Origin: Octopus bimaculoides
Lineage: Eukaryota
Direction: 5' to 3'
Length of the DNA stretch: 64,000 nucleotides
Assembly: GCF_001194135.2 (NCBI RefSeq)
Contig: NC_068981.1
Location: forward strand, 173,831,644 to 173,895,643
Under the pieces are notes generated by a model. That model was not told where the DNA came from and searched no databases. It worked only from the letters and a program-made list of their open reading frames with translations. Position numbers and translations under genes: made by a program. Positions 1 to 12,585 of the stretch are shown piece by piece. Every line of letters starts with the position of its first letter. Position 1 is the stretch's first letter.

Positions 1-3000
1 CATGGTCAGACATGGAAGACTGGAAGCAAACAACATTGCTTGTATGACAGTGATTTACTTGTTTACAACTATCATATGATATGAAGACAAAGGTACACAC
101 AAGCCACGTCTGTGCCTACCATGTTCTATTAATTCCTTTATTACTCTTGCTGTTAAAAATACAATGAACCTGTGATGCTTTTCTTCACTGATTGCTATAT
201 AAAATGTAAAAAGTAAAACTAATTCTCTACACCTCACTGAATAGTGAGTTTCACTTTCTCAATATGTATGAAACAGCATAATTATTTTCCTTCTAGCATG
301 ATGAAATTCAATGAAAAATATAATGAAATAAATGGTATTGAATGAGATTTTTGGTGATTTGCTGTGCTTGAGAAGACATGTCAAGCCAAGTGAAATCATA
401 GTTGTGGCCTGTGCTGGTGACATGTAAAGGGTATCCACTACACTCTTGGAGTGGTTGGCATTAGAAAGGACATCCAGCTGTAAAAATCAAACCAAATCAG
501 ACTGAAGCCTGGTACAACTCTCCAGTTTACCAGTCCCAGTCAAACTGTCTAACCCATGCCAGCTTGGAAAACAGACACTAAATGATAATGAGAATGTGAA
601 CACTTCAAACCATAAACACAAGTGGCAGTTGAATTCAGTACTGCAAGTAAATTAAGCGGTCACCAATTTTACAGTCATTTCTACATCACTCTTAAAGTAG
701 TGAACTCTACACATCACATTATAGTAGTATCTACTCTTACTAGGCCACTAGATGTTAAGTGTGTCGATCATGGATATAGTGGTCTTATTGATTATATTAT
801 TTGAACGACTAATCCTTCAGTTATTGATTTGACCAGCTTTGACTCTTTTCTATAGATGAATTTCCAAAATTATTTTAGTTTCATTGAAGTATCATTTTTA
901 ATACAGCAAACTGCTGTTGTTTATCTCAAGGTCAGCCCTGATTGAGTAGTCCTATGGTCAAAGATATTCCAGCCATCTTTTATCCATACGTAATATAGCT
1001 AGGACTGCATTATCTAACATGAGCATTTCTATTAAAACGCTAGGGTATAATTTAAAAAAGATTTTGCTGTTATTTCTAGCAAGTCAAATGACCACATATA
1101 AGCTCTCTTGTTGACGTATGATATAGCAGGGGCTGGCATACTGAAACGGTGAAGGTTCTGGGAGGTCTTTATCATCATATGTTCATTTCGCCGTGTTGGT
1201 ATGGGCTGGACAGGTCATTATAGGTCAGTTATTGAAGTTACTGCCTTCCTAGAGGAGTCAAGGCCCTCCCCTCATACGTACATTTCATTTTTGGTATTGT
1301 TTCTACATCTTGAGGCCTTTCAATTACTAACCACTTTACTGAATGTAATAGATGCACCAGCACTAGAGAGGTTGTCTTGTCTCCAGCAAAACTGAAGAGT
1401 AACCCTTTATGTTGTCTCTGTTTTTATTCATTCATCATTCTTCCTTGCATTGCCTCTGTTCATTCATTCCTTTCTTTCCCACCCGAAAGGATAGGAAGAG
1501 AGCTACAGCTAGAGGGGGATAGTGTGTCAAAAGGGAGAGTGAGTGATCGGCAGTTGTATGATAGTTGATAGTAAGGAAATTGAATAGAAGCAACATAACC
1601 AAGCAGTTGATAAAAGAGAGAAATGGAAGTTAGAGAATCAGAGCAAGAGAGTGATAGAGAGGAGAGAGTAATAGAAAAAAGGTGATAAGCTGTTATGTTG
1701 TAGATACAGTTGTTGCTAATTGTAAATTATATCAGAAGTATAAGTTTAGTATATTCATCTGCACTTAGATTTACTCATCCCCTCATTACTAGTTCAGTAG
1801 CTTGGTTTTTCTTTCCCCTGTCTCTTAATATATTAGCTGATCTTTGCACGGATATAGTGCATATTCTTTTATACCTAGAAACTTTCTCTCTGTCTAGATT
1901 TTTGTATTTTCATTAGACTTCCTATTTTAGTTATCTATCTCCTACATATTCTTGTCATTATTACATCTACTTTTCAGTGTTGGCATGGGTTGGAGAGAGC
2001 TACAGTATGACATTTGTCTTTTTCTTTTGTCTTGCATAGAGCCAGTTTTTGTAGATTAGACCTTACTGCTTCTCAAGAGTTTTGTCTTTCTCTGAGACGA
2101 GTTCCTTCCACATAGCACTTTTTCACTTACCTGCACACAATCAACTAATGCCGTTAATGTCTAACTACCTTCTCATTTCACATGTACTTTATTTTTCATG
2201 CAAGTTAACATTGTGCATCTAATAGATAACTCATTTTTCTCCAGCTTTTTGAAGATCTTCAAGATTTAGTACTCAGTCATTGCTGCCATGCAACATTATA
2301 CTTCTTAGGCATACCTTAGGCATGAATGGAAAAACCTTTGATATTAATAGAATTAATAATTCTCTGAACATCAGTGTGCTTCTAACCCTCCAACTATATT
2401 CTCAGCAGAGCTACTTCCATCACTAATCTTTGTTATATTATTAGAATTATTGCATAACTGAAGACTGGAATCTTTTGATTTTCTTGTATTACATGTGTAG
2501 TAAATGCACTCTGTTCATTTCCTTCAAACCGCCTTAATTTCAGTTGAAGGCTTGTACAATTAAATAGGGATTTCTTTCTGCTAGAATATGGTGACCTTGT
2601 AAATGAGACGTGTCTTTTATCTCATTCATAGAAAATATGTAATCTAGATAAAAAAATATTTATTGCTTCTAGCCAGCCATCTGAAGTGTTCATAGAATTC
2701 ATTTCATGAGATCTTCTATTATCTACTCTTGCATAACTAAGCTCCTCTGCATTTTTGTATATCCATTTGCTTGCCTTCAGTACAAGGAACTAAATTCTAC
2801 CAAATCTCTTACATATTGAACTGCTATGGTTTTGAAGTCTTTGTTATTTACTAAGTACATTTCTCTTTGACCTAATGCCAGTTGTACTACACTGTCCACC
2901 AAGTCAAGAGTAAAGACTAATCAGTTTCTGGGCATGTTCTTCCCACTTGGAAATTCGCAAAATCCCTCTCTTTCAGATTTTGCTTTATGCTTTGGGAATG

Positions 3001-3984
3001 ATTAACAAAATATCTCTAACTTTACCATGTTTAATTTCAACATTAAGCATGTATTTACTAAAATTGAAGTTAAACTAATCCTCATGTATGAATATAAACT
3101 GAGTGTCCCTGCTTGCATTTGGTTTGGGAAATAAGCTATTGAGAACAATCAATTTCAAAGAACAAATCCAGCTTAAATTAATATGAGATACCAAAAAGAT
3201 TACATTTTAGTTTAATGTTTTTCAAGTATATCTTTGGAAAATGATTGTTTCTATTGAAATTATTTAGTTAACAACAGCTGTCAGTTTTCTTTGTCTCTTT
3301 GAAACTTAATATTTATTTCATGAACTCAGTGTTTGTGTGAAAGTTCAGTTTTTCATAATTTCTATCAAAACCTCAAGTGATCTACTTCCTCTTTCAGTCC
3401 TTCGATGTCATAAACTATTGAAGTTAAATTTCTCTCTCTCCCCACACACATATATCATACATACATATATGTATTTGTTTATAATGTGTGCGTGCGCATG
3501 CATATATATTTAAATGTATGTATGCATCTAAGTATTTTATCAGCTAGACTTAAATACTGTATGGACTGAGATTTCTGTTGACTGGTCACTAGTATGTGCA
3601 TTATGTGACTAATTTAGGCAGTCAAGGGCTATGATATTGCTTTGGTTTAGCAGTTAGTTCAGTTAAGTGGTTTATAGCAAATGTGGTGTTTGAATCCTGC
3701 ATGTGATGTTACAACTTTTATCCATTTTCTGTATGGAATGAGATGTGTCTGTGTATGTATGTATGAGATTTTTGGTGATTTGCTGTGCTTGAGAAGACAC
3801 GTCAAGCCAAGTGAAATCATAGGGATTTCTTTCTGCTAGAATATGGTGACCTTGTAAATGAGACGTGTCTCTTATCTCATTCATAGAAAATATGTAATCT
3901 AGATAAAAAAATATTTATTGCTTCTAGCCAGCCATCTGAAGTGTTCATAGAATTCATTTCATGAGATCTTCTATTATCTATATA

Positions 3985-4022
<38 letters not shown>
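3985..4022. repeat. (TG)n microsatellite
   Basis: Directly visible; further (TG)n, (TA)n and (CAT)n tracts at about 14133-14175, 18145-18175, 18452-18479, 21552-21580, 47475-47500. Confidence 0.95.
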
Positions 4023-4025
<3 letters not shown>

Positions 4026-4036
4026 AATTAAAACAA

Positions 4037-4898
4037 AAGTTAAATTCTGGTCAGAGTTACCAAAGGTTTTGTGTCCATGAAAGCCACAGCCTTGTGCACA
4101 GCTCATCAGACTCTACACAAAGAAAAAAAATTAACCTTCTACCATGCGAATCTGAGGAAATGCTCAGATATCGAGATTTAATGGCTACCGTATAAAAACA
4201 TTAATGAGGACGGGTTATCTCCTCTGGACCAGAGGATAAATATCTTTACAAGCCCGAAATAGCCTAACCAGCTAATGGGGCGATCCAATTTTCCAGTAGG
4301 TAGTGCTTGAAATGGGCACATTTAGAGAAAACGCCTTTGGATCAGCCAATACATCTTTTAAACGTCACTTCTGCAACTATCAGTCATCCTTCAGAGTCTC
4401 AGAAAGACATTTTGTCATGTGCCTGGCCAGCCATGTGTGGCACCTCAAAGATCAAGGGACCTCATGTGAAATCAAGTGGAAAATAATAGACCATCCAGGT
4501 CCATATATTAATGGGAGCAGCCATTGCAAAATCTGCATTGTGGAGAGAACCAAAATTCTTGAGTATTATGCTAAACCTGTCACGTTGAATAGTTGTAAAG
4601 ATGTTTTCTCTAAATGTGTCCATTGCAAGCGCTACCTACTGGAAAATTGGATCTCCCCATCTGCTGGTTAGGCTATTTTGGGTCAGTAAGGGTTTTATTA
4701 TCCTCTGGTCCAGGGGTGATAATCTGTCCTAATTAACGTTTTTATATGTTAGCTGTTAAATCTGGATATCTGAGTGTTTCCTCATGTCCGCATAATAGAA
4801 AGTTTAATAATCTTTTTGTCTTTGTATGTAGTCTGACAAGCTATCCACAAGGCTGTAGATACAAAACCTTTGGTAGCTCTATGACCAGAATTTAACTT
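4037..4898. mobile_element. Penelope-like retroelement remnant: inverted pseudo-LTR arms (about 4037-4332 and 4603-4898) around a GIY-YIG endonuclease C-terminal fragment
   Basis: Arms are reverse complements (gttaaattctggtcagagttaccaaaggttttgt / acaaaacctttggtagctctatgaccagaatttaac). ORF 4303-4671 has the pattern FKRHF..YQSSFR...LASHVWHLKDQG...IKWKII....PY.NGS..CKIC..E...I......LN...DVFSKC.H, typical of PLE endonuclease ends. Confidence 0.8.
4053..4114 (-). ncRNA. Degenerate type I hammerhead ribozyme motif
   Basis: Minus strand reads agagt-CUGAUGA-(stem II region)-cAAAA-CC-UUU-GG-UA-acucu: stem I agagt/actct, stem III ACC/GGU, GUA cleavage triplet; G12 appears mutated to A. Confidence 0.6.
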
Positions 4899-5059
4899 CT
4901 TCTTTTACTAATTACTGCTCTATTCTTTAGAATGTGCTTCTTTTCTTATGTTTTATTGACCTATGTATATATGTATGTGTGTGTGTGTATCTTTCAGCTA
5001 TTCAAAAAAAATTGAATGACTTCAATTTCTTATATGTTGCATTTTCAATCTGCTTATAG

Positions 5060-5362
5060 GAGACGGCCATCAGTTGAACGCTCACCTCCTCACAAACGTT
5101 CTCGGAGCTCTCCAAAGCGCATATCTCATGACTCAAAATCTAAGCATCGTTCTAATTCACCTTTACATCGGTCCAAGAGAGACAGCAGCCCAATATCTCG
5201 TCAACGCTCTGACACTGGACGAAAGCAACACAAAACTTCTCAGCTGTCCTCTACTAACAACAACGATGATGATGATGTTCTCATTGTGAGTGAAAGTAGA
5301 GGATACAGTAAAAGAGCTGATAAGTACCGTTTCCGTAGGTCAAGGAGTAGATCTCTGAATCG
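5060..5362 (+). CDS. PRPF4B: PRP4 kinase, RS-rich exon (first coding exon visible in window; upstream exons outside)
   Basis: TAG acceptor and GTAAGT donor; RRPSVERSPPHKRSRSSPK...RRSRSRSLN; phase 2-2 and in frame with downstream kinase exons. Confidence 0.85.
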
Positions 5363-6910
5363 GTAAGTGTATTCATTTTCTATCTAATCACTTCACAGTT
5401 ATGTTGTTCTGGTTTCACTCACACTGTATGGGATATGAAATATTCTGGTGCTGCTTATTTGGCACTGCTTAATTTGACACTGACTTATTTTGACATAAGT
5501 TGTTTTAATGTTTTGCTCATTCTCTCTCCCTCTTTATGTGCAAGCGAATCTCTCTTTATGTGTATGAAGAGAAAGAAAATATCAGATGTGTTCAATTAAT
5601 AAATTGTAATGTCTCTCTCTCACTCTCACTATCTCTATCTGTACTTGTATATTTTTGCATGTGTGTGTGTGTATGTTTGCCTCCAGTGCCAAAAGGTACT
5701 GCTGCCAAAACAGGTTCCATGTCCAATCAGCTGTGCCAAATCACCATCAACCAAACAGCTATTCCCAATCATCTCATTTCACTTAGCACAAATGTCTTCT
5801 ATCATAGCATGAGGCCAACTCAAACTTTGTGAGTAAAATTTGTAAATAGCCTCGGGGTCGACCAAAGCCTTGTGCCTATTTATTCACATTATTTTGTATT
5901 AATTGTGCATTATCATGAACCTTCAAGATTTCAATGATGTGAGTGTTTATTTTTAGAATAATATTATAGGATTGGCCAGATTTCGCCCGTTTGAACATGA
6001 AACAGGTCACATATTTGGGTCAGATATGGCCGGATTAAATGCTAAAAGGTTAAAATGAAAGTAGCACTAATGACCTTGAATCATCATCATCGTCGTCGTT
6101 TAACATCTGCTTTCCATGCTGGCATGGGTTGGACGGTTTGACTGACGACTGGTGAGCCAGAAGGCTGCACAAGGCTCCAGTGTGATCTGGCAAAGTTTCT
6201 ACAGCTGGATGCCCTTCCTAATGCCAATCACTCTGATTGTGTAGTAGGTGTTTTTACGTGCCTCCGGCACAAGGGCCAGTCAGGTGGTTCTGGCAACGAC
6301 CACGCTGAAAAGGTGTTTTTTATGTGCTACCTGCACGGGATCCAGTCTGGCTGCACTGGCAATGACCATGCTTGAATGTTGTTTTTCACGTACCGGTAAG
6401 GCGACACTGGCAACAATCACGCTTGAATGGTGTTTTTTACGTGTACCTGGCACGGGAGCCAATCCCTGGCCCTCGCAACAATCACGCTCGGATGTGCTAT
6501 TAACTTTCCACTGACACGAGCGCCAATCAGGTGGTACTGTCATCGGCCATATCAGCGATTTTGAAAAGTCTGTTTTTTTTTTGTTTTGGAGTTATTTCCT
6601 TCAGCCATGGATTAAAACTAAAAGATTTAAAATAGGTATATCTAACAATATTGTAATGGCAGGCTCTAGCTAGCTAGACAATAAAAAGATTAGGATGTAA
6701 AATGTAACATACTTCTTTTTCATTAAAACTGCCCCTTCTTTTTTCTCTTTTTTGAAATTTATAAGTGCCACCAATGAAAATTAAATTTTTTGTCTGATGT
6801 ATGTATGGCAACTTACTGATTGTCCTACCCCCCCCCCNNNNNNNNNNNNNNNNNACTTTATATTTCTTACTTTTTTAGTTTTTACGTATATATTTATATT
6901 ACTTTTCTAG

Positions 6911-7114
6911 TATCAAGCATCGTCCAAGAGATAGAAGCTACTCTCCTAGGAGATATGGACGAAGCAGGTCACCTCGTGATAGGAAACAAAGGACAACTAC
7001 TGAAGACCGTCGTGCTAAGCGCCATGCTGAAGAGCTTAAAGGACCTGTAGATAAATTCAAAGACAGCTTGTCTGAGGGTTTGTTTTTGCAAGTTGAAATA
7101 TCTTCTGAAGAAGA
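6911..7114 (+). CDS. PRPF4B: PRP4 kinase exon (RS region and DKFKDSLSEG motif)
   Basis: IKHRPRDRSYSPRRYGRSRSPRDR...DKFKDSLSEGLFLQVEISSEE, resembling the DKFKGSLSEG motif of PRP4K; AG/GTAAGT, phase 2-2. Confidence 0.92.
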
Positions 7115-9518
7115 GTAAGTACTTTTGTCTTTTTTTTTTAATTTTTTTTATGGCATTTGTGTATAGTATTTGTTTCAGTATTCTTAAACTGTTCTTCTCA
7201 ATCTTGTCAACCTTCCTCAGTTGAGGGGTCTTCACTGCTGCTGGCACCACATGACAAGCACCCAGTCCACACTGTAAAATGGTTGGCATTAGGAAGGGCA
7301 TCCAGCTATAAAAACCATACCAAAGCAGACAATAGAGCATGACACAGTCTTCTGACTTGCCAGGTCCTGTCAAGCCATTCAACCCATGCCAGCATGGGGA
7401 GTGGACATCAAATGATGATGATTTGCTGTCAGATCAGATTGAGTTTCAACTAAGTCTACTAAAGAGGTGGATTTAGTAAATTTGTTGGAATATTTTTGTT
7501 TAATAAGCTGACATTCTGAAAACAACTGTAAATCATTCTGAAATCTTTTTGCTTTAGATCGGTCCAGTTGTAATAATTGATAGATTTTAGTTAATTGCAA
7601 TGTCTGTCATTTTGGTGACATGTAATCACATGACATGTGATTAGTCTATCTGTGTTGATATGTAGAGGTTTTATCTTTCTATGTTATAGTTACTTTTGTC
7701 AACAGTACTAATTACTGTTTTGAATGTAAATTATATTGATAAGGAGTTTTATTTATACATTGCTTTATAAATAGCTTTCTACCCTACCATTTTTCTAGTG
7801 TAAATGGTGGTGGTGGTGGTGGTTGCAGCTGAGGAGGTGAGACTTTTGTTTTGAGGTCCATCCTCTGCTTGTGTCCATTTGCAAGTATTGCACCAACTGA
7901 TAAGGATACCAGGTTTCAAACCAAGAACGTTATGCTTCCTGGCTGAATACTCTACTCACAGACTGATTATTTGGTATGAAGCTAAGTTTTTATTAATAAG
8001 AAAATGTTGATGATAATTAGTAATAATGGTAACATATAGTGAATACACAAATAAGATATAATGAGTTATTATGTAGTATCTGATATAATAAATATTTGTC
8101 AGTGCTATAATTAGGATGTGTATGTCAAGCAAGTAAGATATTGGCTATGTATCCAAATGTATCTGCAGTTACTTTTGACATCTAATTACCAGAAAGTCCA
8201 GTAATCAATGTAGAAGAAAATTATTGTGATATTAATCAGCTTCAATTATGTGAACATGTCTTTTGCATTTTTGTTGCTCTTTATCTTTCTTTTAAGTTGT
8301 GTTTTTAATTGAATTTTTATTTTTTTATGCCAAGTACAATGTTCTTTGAAAAATTACTTTTTAATATTAATTTTTTTACTTTTAAAATGTCTCATAACTT
8401 TTATTATGGCTCTCTTAATGCTAACCCTTCCACTGCCAAGTGTCGGTTGTACATAATTTTATTGTCAAGTTCATGCAAATGTCTCAGTTTACAAAAATCA
8501 TCCTACTTGTTCTATAGTTAAGAAATAGATCTAAAGTCTAGAAAAAAATATCACAATTTTATCCATTTCATTCTATGTTGTTGATGACTTTTAGAAAAAC
8601 AAAAGTATCTCAGCTAATGATTTTCATCTAATGTCTTAGGTTTGAAACAAAAACAAGTAAATTATTATAACCAGCAGCTTTTTGTTCATTTAATACTAAA
8701 ATATATATCTCAGTCAAAATTAGTTACTAGTAGATACATTCACAGAGTTAAAATGCTATTGTGTGCAATTATTAAAAGAGTTAGTTTTTTTTTCACTTTT
8801 CCATATAGGTTTACTGGCATTTTAAGATAGATAGAAAATTTGATAATTTACACATCTTATTTTTTACTATTTACTCTTTGAGTTTTCTATAATTTATTTA
8901 AATTCAACAAGGCTAGTGTTAAATAATGTTGCTACTGATGCTTTTGTTAAAATGGCATAATAACTTTGCTTGAACATGCCTTAAGTCTGAAGATAGCTTA
9001 TCAAAAAAAAAGCATTCAGTAGGCATTAACAACTATGACTATCCCATCCTTAATGTAGGCCAGTTTTTATAAGAACTTACAAAAGCATGTCATACGTTGT
9101 TTTAACACTAGCTTTTAAACTGGTGATATCCAGCCTAAATATTCCACCAATTTTATGTTCAAAATTGGCCAGATCTAGCCTCTTACACCTACCCTACTAT
9201 GTCATTCTAACAATAAACAAGCACTTCATCGAAATCTTGAAACTACAAGATAATGCATGATAATTTTTTAAAAATCTGAATAACTAAGCATTACATTTGA
9301 CAGAGTAACCTGAATGCAAATGGATTAAAGCTGAAAGAATGTTTAGTGAGAGATTTTGCTGCTGCACATAGTAAGTCAACCGTTTGCATAGAAATACTGT
9401 CATTGATTCATGATGTGAAGTATGTCATGTGACATTTCCAATAATAATTTTCTATTAATATTTTTTAAAGTTTTTGATATTTTACTATAATTCTTATTAG
9501 TTAATGTTTCTATTTCAG

Positions 9519-9606
9519 AGGTGATCTAGATTTTTCTGAAAAGGAGGATGATGATGTGGATGCAATTATTGAAAAACGTAGGAAAGAAAGAGAAGCTTTG
9601 TTAGAG
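9519..9606 (+). CDS. PRPF4B: PRP4 kinase exon
   Basis: GDLDFSEKEDDDVDAIIEKRRKEREALLE; CAG/GTAATA; phase 2-0. Confidence 0.92.
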
Positions 9607-11356
9607 GTAATATATTTGGTTACTATCAACAGAGTTAAACTGAATTCTATCAAACGTGTATTTCTTGTGGTATTTTGTCTTTCCAAATTTATTGACAATG
9701 TCTTAATTTTGTTTTCATGGTTCTAGGTAATTGTTTGAGATAGTTCTATAAGAAATTTGTACCCAATTTGTTAGTAGTTTGAAAAAAGATTAACCCTCAT
9801 AAATGTTAATGTAATCTCAACTCAAAGAATCTCTGATTTTACTTATTTTTCTTCTCTTTGATTAACATAGTAAAGCATTAGACCAATAGACCAGGTACCT
9901 TTTATAGTATCTAGTTTAAATATTCTGCGTTTCTACATTCAGAAACAGTAGAGCATTGAGTTAAGTGTTTAACAGTCATCATCATTTCATGTCCATTTTC
10001 TATGCTGGCATCGGTTGGATGGTTTGACAAAAGCTGACCAACTGAAAGGCTGTTCAGGTTCCATGTCTGTTTTTGGTACAGTTTCTGTGGTTGGATGCCC
10101 TTCCTAATGCCAACAACTTTACAGAGGTACTTTTACATAGTACTGGCATGGGTGCTTTTTCTCTGGCACCAGCACTTATAAATCCATAAGATTAGGGATG
10201 CTCAGCTGGAGAGGGTTCCAGGGGTCGAGCCTGTATGCAAGGGCTACCATGCTTTTACTTAGCTTGATGTGTTTTTTTCAAGCACAGCAAACTGCCATGA
10301 GTTTCAGTCCCCTGTCTTCTGCTCTGTGAGTCCCGTCTGTAGATCTTTTCTCACCACTTCGTCCCATATCTTCCTGGGTCTACCCCTTCCACATGTTCCC
10401 TCTACAATTAGAGATCAGCACCTCTTGATGCAACTGTTCTCATTCATATGCATTCTGAGTTCATGTTCTTTCTGTTTTGCCTTTCATCCCTCCACTGTCA
10501 ATAAAACAGCTATCAGGCATGCATTGAGTTGCATTCAGTTAATTGTACCCTTCCTTCAGGTGTGGCTGCAAGGTTAAGAGGTGTACTTTGTAGCCTTGTG
10601 GTTTCAGGTTCTGTCCCGCTGAACAACACCTTGGGGAAGTATTTTCTGTTATACCTCTAGGCTGACCAGTACCTTGTGAGTAAATTTGATAGACAGAAAC
10701 TATGGAAGTTCATTGCATATGTATGTGCAAATGTGCAGGAATGTTGGTATTCCACAGTTTTGCTTCTCACTGCTTTTGCAAAAAAGTTTGCATTCATTGT
10801 TTACATTATAGCTTGTTGCTCTGCACTTTCAAAGGTGCATGGAATAAAAATATCTTTTAGTTGAAAAACAGGTAAGTGTTGGTGTTAGAAAGTGCATCCT
10901 GCTCTAAGATCTTGCTTTAGCTAAGTCCCCACTCAACCTGTATCTGCATGGGAAAATGGAACTGAATGAATACTATTACCTCTCAGAATAGGATTAATTG
11001 GCTGCAGCTGTTTGGGTTCTAGGTATTTGGCTTAGCTGTTTGGGCATAAATCTGCTTTGACAATGGCTTTTTTAGTGATAGACTGTTTAGCACAGAAAGC
11101 AAACAGACACACATACTCACACACAGAAAGTGACAGAGAGTGATAGACAGACATTGAACTGTTATACATAAAAAACGGAGAAAATGCGATTGCACCTGAT
11201 ACACTGCATCTTAATGAGAGGGTTTAGTGGTGTTACAATGACCAAACAACATCCATTCTTTATTATTGTAAACACATATCTTTATGTTTGCACATGAACA
11301 CTTCAGTTAATATTTTTATTGATTGCAACCATAATTTTGGTTTTTTTTTTCCCTAG

Positions 11357-11741
11357 TCTTTCAAAACCAACAAAGAAAATACTGAAACATCAGCTTCTGT
11401 AGAGGAGACTGAGAAAAATGAAAATGCTGATGAGGCAGAGCCTTTTGAAGAGACACCTGAGGTAACTGACGAAAAAGAGAATGAAGAAGAAATAGAAAAT
11501 AAAGAAATATATGAAGATGACAATGCTATAGATGTAGATGATGATTCTGATAATAGTTCTTCAACATCATCATCGTCAGCCTCATCATCATCGTCGTCGT
11601 CATCATCTACAGAAAGCAGTGATGATGAGTCAGAAGATTCCAAACTCAAGAACTCTAATGATGTTCCGATGGATGTAGATTTGGATGATTTCGAGAACAT
11701 AATTAAACAAAAGCTAGAAACATTGGAAAGTTTAGATAATG
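11357..11741 (+). CDS. PRPF4B: PRP4 kinase acidic/poly-Ser exon
   Basis: Open 128 codons SFKTNKENTE...SSSSSSTESSDDES...DLDDFENIIKQKLETLESLDN; TAG/GTAAAT; phase 0-1 fits both neighbours. Confidence 0.85.
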
Positions 11742-12309
11742 GTAAATATTTTCTTTTCATAATGAATGAAAGAAAGTTCAAGTGGGATATGTTTCTTTGA
11801 TACAGCCAACATTTGCATAAATGTATTTGTGTAAACGGTGGTGCCCCAGCATGGCTGCAGTCCTCAAACTGAAATTTAATGCAAAAGAAAAAACACTACA
11901 GTGTATTATTATAAAATGTTACTTAATCATTAAATTCCAGTAATGCAGATATTGTGAAAGTCCTCACTGATATAGGAAGCGTATGTCACTGACATCTGTC
12001 TGTATTGACTGAGAAACAAAATCAATGCATTAAGTATGCAAGTATGGAGCTGAGTGATTGGTCTGAGAGAGAGAAAGAGATCCGTTGATAAGTAGAGATG
12101 TGTATTGGTGAAGGTTGTTAACAATGAAAATGATTTTAGTTCTGGCAGTCGATTGAATAAGAGATAGTGTGGAAGAGAAGTATCAGAGTGTAGGAAACTG
12201 GCAGATATATGTTAGAGTATTTAAAGCTTCAATAAATTTATATTAGAATAGCTAGTCTACATTCATTGGATGCTTGATACTGTTAGGGAAGACAGTCTTC
12301 AGTAAGTTT

Positions 12310-12585
12310 CATTGTAAGTTAGTTTAAAATTATTTCTGCTTAATTTATGTCTCTTGATTTATTTCTTATTTAACCCTTCAGCATTCAGATTACTTTGTTG
12401 ACAGTGATATCTATTTATTCACATTTTTAAAAATTAATCTTGTAGCTTCAAGATTTTGATGATGTAATTATTTTTGTTTTTAGATTAACATTGTAGGGTA
12501 GGTGTGAGAGGCTGGATTTGACCAGCTTCAACGTAAAACAGAATATTTTGGCTGGATGTGACTGGTTTAAGTGCTAAAGGGTTAA
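12310..12585 (+). mobile_element. TTAA-flanked piggyBac-type MITE family
   Basis: Ends TTAA-CCCTT(T)AGCATT...AATGCTAAAGGG-TTAA; copies at about 5880-6053, 9110-9328(-), 14984-15211, 22716-22950(-), 34735-34960, 37992-38213, 57985-58190. Confidence 0.75.

Noticed and set aside
1-5059. Upstream PRPF4B coding exons
   Set aside because: No K/H/RS-rich open segment with splice sites found; they presumably lie before the window.
11353-11781. 142-aa minus-strand ORF
   Set aside because: Antisense shadow of the acidic PRPF4B exon.
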